64,000 nt of DNA from Macrostomum lignano (taxonomy: Eukaryota). The translations under genes and the position numbers were made by a program. Within the stretch, counting starts at the first letter, position 1; the number at the start of each line of letters is the position of its first letter. This document shows positions 12,296-30,890 of the stretch, piece by piece. Location of the stretch: NCBI GenBank assembly GCA_002269645.1, contig NIVC01002144.1, positions 97,992-161,991 of the forward strand, in the 5' to 3' direction. Below the pieces are notes generated by a model, which was not told the DNA's origin, made no database searches, and saw only the letters and a program-made list of their open reading frames with translations.

Positions 12296-15200
12296 ATGAG
12301 TTTTCTGCAAAGATGTATCTGGCCTCAGGGAAGGTAATAACTTTAAAAAATCCTCACTCGTTTGAACATTTTGGCTTTTGCGGTAGAATTTCTAATTATA
12401 GAAAAAATGGCACTTTCGCCGCTCTTTCAGCGACGAGAATTTGCACCTGGCTGGCGGACAGGGCGCCAAGATCTGCTTCAACAGCTGGCTGCTGATGTCA
12501 CCCATTGAGTTTTTCCCGGGTCGAGAACACGGGACTGTAATTTTTTCAAGGCGGGTGAGTACAGTCACTGGACAGCTTTTGAAACTGTCCTCTGAAAGAT
12601 CCCACAAAAGTAGTTGTGCCCTCTGAAAGACCCCACAGAAGTATTTGTGTCCTCTGAAAGATCCCACAGAAGTAGTTGTGTCCTCTGAAAGACCCCACAG
12701 AAGTAGTTGTGTCCTCTGAAAGACCCCACAAAAGTAGTTGTGTCCTCTAAAAGACCCCACAGAAGTAGTTATGTCCTCTGAAAGACCCCACAAAAGTAGT
12801 TGTGTCCTCTAAAAGACCCCACAGAAGTAGTTGTGTCCTCTGAAAGACCCCACAAAGTAGTTGCGTCCACCGAAAGACCTTGCTGAAGTAGTTGCGTCCA
12901 AGGAAGTACTCATTATATTTTCACGCATCATTTAATCGTTGCATCTGATTCTCCGTCGCACAGCACTGGAAGCGACAGTTCTTCGAGCTGTCGCTGGTCC
13001 GCGGCCAGACCACCCAGGACACCGACCGGTTCCATCTGACCTGCTATTCAAAAAGCGATCGCAAGCGACCGAAAGGCTGCATCGATATGAACACTGTGAC
13101 GGACCTGCGCAAGATGTCCGTGCCACCGGATGAACTGCTGGCAACGCTGAGCAGGAAGCATCGCTGCGATGATTGCCAGCTGATGGATGCCGACCCCAGT
13201 CGTCAAGTTGTCACCTACGACCGGCTGCCGTTCTTCAGCTTCGAGGCAATGTTCGGCGAGCACCGCGGTCGAGTCTACCTGCTGGCTGAAGACCCCAGGC
13301 AGATGCAGCATTGGGTGAGGCTGCTCTGTTCAGTTTTTTGTGCATTTGTTCTTGCGATTTATCGAGACGATGTTCAAACTAAACAGCACCTTTTCGAGAA
13401 GATGCTCAACCTGAAAGAGCGTCTTGCCAAAAAGATGCTCGACCTAAAAGAGAATCTTGTCGAGAAGATGCTCAACCTGAAAGAGCGTCTTGCCGAGAAG
13501 ATGCTCAACCTAAAAGAGTGCCTTGTCGAGAAGATGCTCAACCTAAAAGAGTGCCTTGTCGAGAAGATGCTCAACCTAAAAGAGTGCCTTGTCGAGAAGA
13601 TGCTCAACCTAAAAGATTGCCTTGTCGAGAAGATGCTCGACCTAAAAGAGTGCCTTGTCGAGAAGATGCTCAACCTAAAAGAGCGCCTTGTCGAGAAGAT
13701 GCTCAACCTGAAAGAGCGCCTTGTCGAGAAGATGCTCAACCTAAAAGAGTGCCTTGTTGAGAAGATGCTCAACCTGAAAGAGCGTCTTGTCGAGAAGATG
13801 CTCAACCTGAAAGAGCGCCTTGTCGAGAAGATGCTCAACCTGAAAGAGCATCTTGCCGAGAAGATGCTCAACCTAAAAGAGTGCCTTGTCGAGAAGATGC
13901 TCAACCTGAAAGAGCGCCTTGTCGAGAAGATGCTCAACCTGAAAGAGTGTCTTGTCGAGATGCTCAACCTGAAAGAGCGTCTTGTCGAGAAGATGCTCAA
14001 CCTGAAAGAGTGTCTTGTCGAGATGCTCAACCTGAAAGAGCGCCTTGTCGAGAAGATGCTCAACCTGAAAGAGCGTCTTGTCGATAAGATGCTCAACCTG
14101 AAAGAGCGCCTTGTCGAGAAGATGCTCAACCTGAAAGAGCATCTTGCCGATAAGATGCTCAACCTGAAAGAGCGCCTTGTCGAGAAGATGCTCAACCTGA
14201 AAGAGCGCCTTGTCGAGAAGATGCTCAACCTGAAAGAGCGTCTTGTCGAGAAGATGCTCAACCTGAAAGAGCGTCTTGTCGAGAAGATGCTCAACCTGAA
14301 AGAGTGTCTTGTCGAGATGCTCAACCTGAAAGAGCGCCTTGTCGAGAAGATGCTCAACCTGAAAGAGCGTCTTGTCGAGAAGATGCTCAACCTGAAAGAG
14401 CGTCTTGTCGAGAAGATGCTCAACCTGAAAGAGTGTCTTGTCGAGATGCTCAACCTGAAAGAGCGCCTTGTCGAGAAGATGCTCAACCTGAAAGAGTGTC
14501 TTGTCGAGATGCTCAACCTAAAAGAGCGCCTTGTCGAGAAGATGCTCAACCTGAAAGAGCGTCTTGTCGAGAAGATGCTCAACCTGAAAGAGCGTCTTGT
14601 CGAGAAGATGCTCAACCTAAAAGAGTGTCTTGTCGAGAAGATGCTCAACCTGAAAGAGCGTCTTGTCGAGAAGATGCTCAACCTGAAAGAGCGTCTTGTC
14701 GAGAAGATGCTCAACCTAAAAGAGTGTCTTGCCGATAAGATGCTCAACCTGAAAGAGCATCTTGCCGATAAGATGCTCAACCTGAAAGAGCGCCTTGTCG
14801 AGAAGATGCTCAACCTGAAAGAGCGCCTTGTCGAGAAGATGCTCAACCTGAAAGAGCGTCTTGTCGAGAAGATGCTCAACCTGAAAGAGCGTCTTGTCGA
14901 GAAGATGCTCAACCTAAAAGAGTGCCTTGTCGAGAAGATGCTCAACCTAAAAGAGCGTCTTGTCGAGAAGATGCTCAACCTAAAAGAGCGTCTTGTCGAG
15001 AAGATGCTCAACCTAAAAGAGCGCCTTGTCGAGATTCTTAGAAAGAGATGCTCTTTGATTTGTCCCTTGCTGCAAATGTCACGGTCTACATGGCCAAACG
15101 TTCAACCGATGCTTTCCATTCACAAGGTGAGCTATTTAAGCTCCGCTTGCGACATGCCAGACGCTAAAGTCGGACAATCCGTAGATATGCCACAACCAGT

Positions 15201-15639
15201 ATCGCCAGTGGCGCCAGTAAGTCCGTTTCTGTCAATTAATCGACCTTGGCATGACAAGGTCAACCCTCACACTGGCAGCTCAGGACGCCACCACAACAGC
15301 CCGACTGGAAGAAAAAATGTAGATGACGAGCCCTATGGAGAACTGCCGAGAGAAACCGGAGGAGAAGGCGTCTACGACGATCCTCGACACGCTGCCGGTC
15401 TGACAGAGAAATTGATGACACCAACTGCGTCGGTAGCAAGCGAGAGCGTCGATAGCGGCACTTTCGACATGCCGCCGAGTATCGCGCTGCGACAGTTCGT
15501 GTCGCAGAGCAGCGGCAAAGGCGCCGCCAGGCAGTCATCTACAGACTACGAAAACCTCATCCAGATTGGAGCGACGGTTGCCACAGCCTACATGCCAAAT
15601 CAGGTCTATGGCTGCGTGTCCTCAGACATGCATAAGTGA
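12296..15639 (+). CDS. Gab/Dos-like PH-domain docking (adaptor) protein; about 341 aa if 13315-15126 is spliced out, about 945 aa if retained
   Basis: Exons 12296-12333, 12431-12554, 12964-13314 and 15127-15639, phases consistent. PH domain ICFNSWLLMSP...RHWKRQFFEL...KRPKGCIDM...VYLLAEDPRQMQHWV resembles Gab/DOS-type PH domains. Low-complexity tail with PYGEL, VYDDP and DYENL tyrosine motifs. Confidence 0.75.
12585..12900. repeat. 31-bp intronic minisatellite (TGTCCTCTGAAAGACCCCACAGAAGTAGTTG)
   Basis: About 9 copies in intron 2 of the Gab-like gene. Confidence 0.9.
13350..15033 (+). repeat. 33-bp minisatellite (ATGCTCAACCTGAAAGAGCGCCTTGTCGAGAAG), about 50 copies, open in frame as MLNLKERLVEK
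   Basis: Tandem 33-bp units with occasional 30-bp variants lacking AAG. Confidence 0.97.
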
Positions 15640-15846
15640 TTTTACGACTGGACCTGCGTGTCTATTGCAGTTTTGCTCACTTGTAAAAACCAATTCAATA
15701 TGCTCAGTGAACAAATTAAAAGTTCTTATGGCTAAAGGTGATTTGCTCAATACTTCAGTATGAAAGAGTCAAAACTGAAACTGCTGCACAATTCTGAAAA
15801 CCCTCAAAAGCAACCTCTATTTGACTGCAGTTTTAGGCGCTTATAA

Positions 15847-16043
15847 CCGTTCCCGACGGATAGGCCGAAAACAGCCATAGACAGTTTTCAAATTTACGAT
15901 CATAAATGTTGCTGCTACCACCGTTCCCGCCTAGATGAAGGAATGAAATTCTATTGATTATAAATATGGTTATATATAGCAGTCAGTAGTCCTTATACAT
16001 AATATTTATATGGCCGTTTTCGGCCTCTAGTCGTCGGGAACGG
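15847..16043. mobile_element. MITE-like element with imperfect ~35-bp terminal inverted repeats
   Basis: CCGTTCCCGACGGATAGGCCGAAAACAGCCATA at the left end versus TATGGCCGTTTTCGGCCTCTAGTCGTCGGGAACGG at the right end; TSD not identified. Confidence 0.55.
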
Positions 16044-16987
16044 CTGTGGTAAAAAATCCAACAAATCTGGCCCATAGAGATTGATTTTATGCCGTCTAGC
16101 TTGGAGGTAGACAGAATGGACGAAAACGGCCATCCGTCTGCCTATGGTTAAAGAAGAACTATCAAGAAACACTTTTTATATGCGTGATTCGAAGCAGAAA
16201 GCTTCCATTTTTCAAAGTTTTTTGCTACTGGACTTTTAATTGTATGATAAATCAAATTAAAAATAATAGAAGACCTCACAATACAGAAATTATACATGTA
16301 AATAACTGCTGTAAGTTTTAAACGCTTTTCTGGCTGTAATTTTACGATTTAAATCAATATTTTTGCTATGCCCTTGTAATCTTTAACCAACAAATTAGGT
16401 TTAGTTCGAGTTCCGCCCGTAACCAAGCTTTTCCCGGAATCTTTATCGTGCTAATAAAATTCAATCAGCTCTCCATGTGATCGAGTTCACTCTCGAACAC
16501 GATAAAATCAAATCTTTTCGATTTACATCAAATAAACACAATTTGCGCACAAAACATTTTCTTTAATAACTTATCGACCTTATAGTTTCTCTCGAAAATA
16601 AAACTGTTAATTTAAAATCAATTTAAAGGAGAAATTTAGTTTTTCAATAATTTTTTCCGTTACAAATAATAACAAATTGCTTAGCTTCTTCTAATATTTT
16701 GTTTTAATGTTTTTATTTACGAACTTACGTTTTTTTAACACTTACATTGATTAAGTGACGATTCGGATTCCAGAACGCAATTTGAATAAATGAGCACTAA
16801 TTTTATACTTCAATTTTAGGTATCAATATATGATTATTGCTAGAAAAAGACGGTAATTTTTTTATACCAACAAATGGTGTTCAAAAAGATAAACAAAACA
16901 TGACTTAACCATGTACCTTTACGCTTTGTACATGTACAAAAGTAGAGAAGTTTATATTTTAACAGACAAGGCTAAAAATAGGCAAAA

Positions 16988-22796
<5,809 letters not shown>

Positions 22797-23433
22797 TTCG
22801 TTTCTCTTCAATTATAGCCTTCCCCTTCAGTAAAAAAATTAATTTGCAGGTAGGACTTCTGAAACAGAGGAAAAAATTATGGTGCCAATAATGAGTTAGA
22901 CAAGTCTTACACTATAGCTTAATCCAAACCTTATTCCTCAGTGTTGTCACCTAAACAGGACTCAGCGTCTCGCTGTGATTGTTTTTTATGTAGTAAAGAA
23001 AAAATTTAAAAAATTAACTGGCACAGACGCATGTCGTGACCCAGCCAAGTGAAAATTTATTTCATCCAATTATAAACAGTTAACCCATAGGAATACACAA
23101 TTGTATTGGAAGGGCTTTGAATGAAATCAATTTTAAAATATCGTTCATTTTGTTATAAATATCGGTAGCCGAGCGGACTCGTAGCGAATAAAAATTCCAG
23201 CTCAGCTGATTTGCATACAGCAAAAGGTTGGCCTATTTATAGAAACTGAAGTCAATAAAAATCAAAGGTTCGATTCGAAGACTCAATTGAGTTTGTTATA
23301 ACTAGGAAAAATAAAACTTAACAACTAACCTGGAGCTTTGTTTTTCTCAACAAAATTAATAACTTCATGCACTATTAAAATTATCTACGAGTATTTTCAA
23401 ACTCCAAATTGTAATAAAAAATCCCTGCAAGTC

Positions 23434-24914
<1,481 letters not shown>

Positions 24915-25704
24915 GAACTAGGCACTAAAAACGTTATGGTAAATCAATTCAGTTCAAACAAATGATTGTTGAGTAATTTGAGCAATTTGACGAGTAAAAC
25001 ACGTCAAAAATTGATGCTGAGAAGAGAAAGCCAACAATGCAACTTGTACAGAAAGCCTATTGTTAGAATAGCGAGTGTCTTGTCTTTACAAAGACACAAG
25101 AGCAAAAACCTGCAACTTTCCCAGTGATTTTAAAAATAATAAAATTGCTTGTACTGAAAAAGCCAATATATTACTGATTTATATGACGCTTATACTTAGC
25201 TGTATAGGCCAGTATAGGTCATATATGACATATATCTAAATTACTGATATTAGTTATTGATAAGAGCTGCCTAAAAATATAAATTAAGTCGACTTGTTAG
25301 CCAAGCAACAATAGCTTTTGCTTTTTTATTTATTCTACACTTATACGTCTGACTAAGGAACTACCTCCCTAACACATTTTTTGACAAGGTAACAAGAATT
25401 AATGATGGAATAAATCAGTTCCGAGGACTCTCGACAAAACTATTTTTTAAAAGGCAGATAGAATAGCGATACAAAATATGCTAGTGTCAACAATAATTGA
25501 CATATGATTTGCGTTTTATGTAACAAAAAACTAAAAAGTATTTGTATTTGTCAGTACCTTGGAGGCAAAAAATTAATTTTACGACTTTTTCAAGGTTTTT
25601 AAAATAGAATTTGTTTGAATGGCTTTACAAGCGAAGATTATAATTTAAGAGCCTAATTTAAAATATAGAAAAAGCTAGAAATAATCTTTATTATGAGCCT
25701 GCCT

Positions 25705-25724
25705 GGCGCCGGCGCCGGCGGCAG
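25705..25724. promoter_or_regulatory. Small GC/CpG-rich islet, possible promoter element between divergent centrin and RING genes
   Basis: GGCGCCGGCGCCGGCGGCAG in AT-rich DNA, at the left edge of a CpG-depleted domain. Positional inference only. Confidence 0.25.
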
Positions 25725-27101
25725 CTTTGTTTTTTGTGAAAGAGATAGTAATGTGAATATTAATTTGGAAATTTTTGTATTGAGAAGAAATATCTATTAT
25801 TCCTAGTCCTTATGCCTCACTTAAGCTTTGAGCAGATAGTATATTATTGCATACCATAGGCCATAGCATAGCAGATACTGAGATAGCATAAACACAGATA
25901 CTGATAGCAGGCTGCAGATAGACATGCTTAATTTGAAATTCAAAAAATATCTGCTTGCTTTAAGTTTGATTGTTGAACTGACTGGGTTGAACTGAGTACT
26001 AATCAACTGACTTAAGTAATCAACTGTACATGTATATTAGGCCTAACTGGCTAGCTACTGCCTACTAGAAGAATAGACTTTTTAGACAAGAACAAGCCAG
26101 TTGCAAAATTATAGTTGTTGATCTAAAAGATCATAAAGCTATTGCAATGGCAATGTTTTCTACTTGCAAGAAATGCATGGTAGTTAGTATTAGTTTAAAG
26201 TTTTAGAATAGTTTAAGGTCTTTTTAATCACAATGCCCTTCATCATTCACTTAGGCCCTATCTAGATAAAATTGTCCTATGCTAGCTATCCAGAGAGAAA
26301 CTTGGTTATGTTACTTATACAGCCTTGCAAGGTATGTGTATTATGTTATAGTCATAATTATAGATAGTAGGATTTAAAGAAATAGTAGAATAATATTTAT
26401 AATAAAAAAGTAGAATAATTTTTTGTTTTTAATTTTTTGCTCTTTCTTTTATGGCAGTTGTTATTGTTACAGTGACCATATAAATAACAAAATGGCTATT
26501 CCTACAGTTAATGCATAAGACACTATGCGGGCCTATGGTCTTTACTTAATGTAACCATATAAATAGCAAAACTGTTATTTTTATGGTCACTATAGTTAGG
26601 AAGCAAAATGGCTATTTTTATGGTCATGTGGAAGAAATTTCTATTAAATTACAAGGTAATAGTTAACAATTACCTATAGTAAGCTACTATGATAAGAACC
26701 ACTAGAAGTTACCATCATATTTATTAATAAAATGTTTCTTTATTTTTTAAATTTAACCATCATAGTATTTGCATAGCAAGTTCGTCACTTCATTTAGATG
26801 GTATTTGTATTAAGTGTTAGGCCTAACAATAACAACTGCCTTCTTTTATAATGAGACTAAAGATATAATATTTTTTGCAAAACCTAACTATTAAAAGTGA
26901 TTTCATTTCAACAAGCTAGTAAAAGGTAGCAAAAGTACTTTTGATTGATTGCAATTAGACTTTTTTGTTAGGCTAGTATGATAAAAATATATCTATAAAA
27001 AAACTTGAAAAAGCTTATAACTTTAAAAACAACAGAATATTTCAAACTGGGCTTCAGCTTTATAGCTGTTTCTTCCCTCCTTTTATTGCACTCAATGTCA
27101 T

Positions 27102-27474
27102 TTTTTTATTAGAGGCAGGGGGGGTTGTATGCACCCTGGTGCACTTTAAGCGACATAGGTACATAACTGACAAGAGGCATTATTGCCCATTCCGCTGACT
27201 CCCCTGAGCAGGCACACAAGTGTGTGGATATGTACATAGGCACACACTCACACAGGAGTGTACAGTGGCCCTAACTTTATATTATTGTTAGGTATGTACA
27301 CTTCACTGCGCCTTGGGGGGGGGGTTGGCTTTCAGTTTCAAAGCCATTAAGTGCATAAGCAGAGCCAATCCAAGATTCCAATTCAGCCCCAAATTAATGT
27401 GACTGCACTTGGAATCAAGCCTGGGTTGCTGGCACACCAGAGCAGCTGCGCTCCCGCTGGGCTATGGCCCCCCT
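27102..27474 (-). mobile_element. tRNA-derived SINE
   Basis: 13-bp direct repeat CACTCAATGTCAT at 27089-27101 and 27475-27487. Minus-strand 5' end GGGGCCATAGCCCAGCGG (A box) ... GGCTTGATTCC (decayed B box); A-rich tail at the other end. Confidence 0.8.
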
Positions 27475-27987
27475 CACTCAATGTCATGGATATGCATTGA
27501 AGTATTACTTTGAAAAGTATGATCTACACCCTTTAGAGGACAAGGCACAGTTAAGCCAAGATTCATGCTCAACTTTCATAGGCTCAATGGTCTTAGCAGT
27601 CATTTAGCAGCATTCACTACAACCAATTACCTGTTAGTCAGTTACCATTTTGAAATATTGCTAACTTGTTGACATAATATAAGTCTATAATTGAGCTCTG
27701 GCTACATTTTTGTTTATAGCTTTTTTACCAGTCTATTTTTATTGATGTTAAAGTTAATATAAAGAAAAGAGTTGCCACTATTAATCTATGCAAAATGATG
27801 CTATTTGGATTATTAGAATGAGAGATATCATGAAAAGTATAATATAATGCCTTTAAAGATTAATAATGAGTTAAATCAAGTATAACTAGCATATAAGTCC
27901 CTTTAAGGACTTCATTATAAACCTTGGCATCTCAGCACTTCTTAAATTTATTTAAAAACCTTGCATGATTAAGCAACAACAGTTAGA

Positions 27988-30831
27988 ATGCAGCTCGCAC
28001 TGATGCAAGCATCTTCAGCTATCCTGCTATGCAGCCTGATGGTCCACTGCTGCATCGCCGACACCAACTCTGCACCTAAAAGTCTGTCATCTGCCGCTGC
28101 CAATGGCCAGCCTCGAGCCCAGCGCTCCGACGAGCTGGTAGTGAAGCTGGACTGTCAGCCAGCCCTCGCCGGACAGCCAGTTGCCTACCGGATCGAATTC
28201 CGTCAGACATCCGACTGCACCAATGCTGCCACCATCACCATGACTGGGACCAGACAGGACCGATTCGATTCCCTTGGCGCCGCGCCTGTCTCAGCTGCAA
28301 CCTGGTGGCTGTTCCGGCTTGGCGAGCTGCCTCAACAGGCTGGCACAGAGCCCAGCCTGCCGCTCCTCACTGTTAAAATGATGCCAAACTGTTCCGGACT
28401 GACTGTCAAGCCGTTGAAATCAACAGCCGGTATTGGAGACTATGCTGTGCTGGCTGACGCATCCGGCTGCTCCATAGTCAGAGTGCTCACTCTGCTGCCT
28501 AAGCTGCTCAGCAACACTCGCGGCCGCTGTCTGCTGTATGGCATACAGGGCGCTAACAGTGTTGGAGATGTTGAATCTGGCGATGCAGCCGATATGTGCA
28601 TCCTGATCCAGGAGCACGGGTACAGCAACCGGCGCAGTCTGTTTGGCGAGCTGCGGGCCGATAACAGGACATGCTCGGCTGCCGCTTCCGCCAGTGTTGG
28701 CAATGGGGACAGCTTCATCAATCGGGTCTCGGTAGTGTTCGTGTCCGTGTCCTTTGTCCTGCTGGTGGCCATCAGCGTGTCATGGATTGTGTTCTACTAT
28801 GTGCAGCGGTTTCGTTACAGGCACGCTAAGAAGAGGCTCTCGGTGAGAAAGCATTGCTGCTGTTTTGGGCTGGTGATGGCCTCTCAAATTTGTCTTGATG
28901 ATTGATTGGCATTGCAGCCTTCAGAATCTTCATCATTGAGAATCTTCATCATTAGGAATCTTCATCATTGAGAATCTTCATCATTCAGAATCTTTCATGA
29001 TTGAGAATCTTCATCATTCAGAATCTTTATCATTGATAATCTTATCATTGAGAATCTTCATCATTGAGAATCTTCATCATTCAGAATCTTTCATGATTGA
29101 GAATCTTCATCATTCAGAATCTTCATCATTGAGAATCTTATCATTGAGAATCTTTATCATTGAGAATCTTGATCATTCAGAATATTATCATTGAGAATCT
29201 TCATCATTCAGAATATTATCATTGAGAATCTTCATCATTGAGAATCTTCATCATTGAGAATCTTCATCATTGAGAATCTTCATCATTGAGAATCTTCATC
29301 ATTGAGAATCTTATCATTGAGAATCTTTATCATTGAGAATCTTCATCATTGAGAATCTTATCATTGAGAATCTTTACCATTGAAAATCTTCATCATTGAG
29401 AATCTTCATCATTGAGAATCTTCATCATTGAGAATCTTCATCATTGAGAATCTTACCATTGAAAATCTTCATCATTGAGAATCTTCATCATTCAGAATCT
29501 TCATCATTGAGAATCTTCATCATTGAGAATCTTCATCATTGAGAATCTTCATCATTGAGAATCTTCATCATTGAGAATCTTACCATTGAAAATCTTCATC
29601 ATTGAGAATCTTCATCATTCAGAATCTTCATCATTGAGAATCTTCATCATTGAGAATCTTCATCATTGAGAATCTTCATCATTGAGAATCTTCATCATTG
29701 AGAATCTTCATCATTGAGAATCTTCATCATTCAGAATCTTCATCATTCAGAATCTTCATCATTCAGAATCTTCATCATTGAGAATCTTCATCATTGAGAA
29801 TCTTCATCATTGAGAATCTTCATCATTGAGAATCTTACCATTGAGAATCTTCATCATTCAGAATCTTCTTCATTCAGAAACTTTATCATTGAGAATATTC
29901 ATCATCTTTATCAGTGTTCATTTTCTTAAAATCACTCTTTCCAATATCTTTCTTAGAATCGCCAATATGTTTCTTAGAGTCGCCCACTCCAATATCTTTC
30001 TTAAAATCGCCCATCCCAATATCTTTCTTATATTGTTCAGCTTCATGCTGAAAAATTTCCATCACAATAGTGTCAGTACGATCGCCTTATAAGGCAGTCA
30101 GAGCAGAAGCCTTGAATCAGGTAATTATTAATCTGTTATATTTGTTTTTTTCTGAAACATCTGAGATAGCGATAAACACGAGAATCTATACGGGCTTCTC
30201 TGCTCCCGAGTGGAAAAAAAATTAATTAATGATCCCTGCCGAAATGCATAATCCCAAGCTCGGACTAAAGCTTCCCAGCTTTCAAAGACAGACAACCGAA
30301 TCCTTCTAACTGCTTTCTACTGGGGAGGGATGTCGGTCTGGGGATAAACAAGCTGCATTCTTCTTCACCTGACGTAGATGAACGAAAATGTGAAATATAA
30401 TCCTTGTTTTTTTATTTAAAGCGTTTATTAATTTTTCAGTTTTAATTACTCAGAATTTGTTGTTTCTCTTTCTCTCTCTCGTCCGGTTAACTTAATAATC
30501 TAATTCGTTTTAATTAGAATGGATCCTGTCTGACCAAAAAGAGAGAGCAAATCGTCAGGCGAATCTTCCCGGGAAAATATATCCTTTAATCTACAGGATT
30601 AATTATATAAGTGCCGGCCTCAGCTGCTCACGTCTCCAGCTGGGCCCCGCCTCTGTTCTATTTGCAGTAGCCCCTGTATCCCACGCAGAAAAGTACTGCT
30701 TTACACACTTTTTTCCTATCATGGATTGACTGACTGACTGACTGGCTGACTGACTGACTGACTGACTGGCTGACTGACTGACTGACTGACTGACTGACTG
30801 ACTGACTGACTGACTGACTGACTGACTGACT

Positions 30832-30890
<59 letters not shown>

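Noticed and set aside
13374-15011. 545-aa antisense ORF (SIFSTRRSFRL)n
   Set aside because: Reverse-strand translation of the 33-bp array. It shows that this unit can be stop-free by chance, which also tempers the in-frame-retention finding.
23276-23289. CGAAGACTCAATT resembles part of the Macrostomum spliced leader as I remember it
   Set aside because: Only about 13 nt match; it lacks the terminal ATG|GT donor and the rest of an SL RNA, and lies antisense to the neighbouring genes.
27400-27474. Possible tRNA gene
   Set aside because: It is the head of a SINE (TSD, body and tail present) with a degenerate B box and no clear cloverleaf.
30094-30120. Candidate micro-exon ending in CAG|GTAATT in RING intron 1
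   Set aside because: The conserved linker is fully supplied by exon 32118-32192, and there is no homology support.
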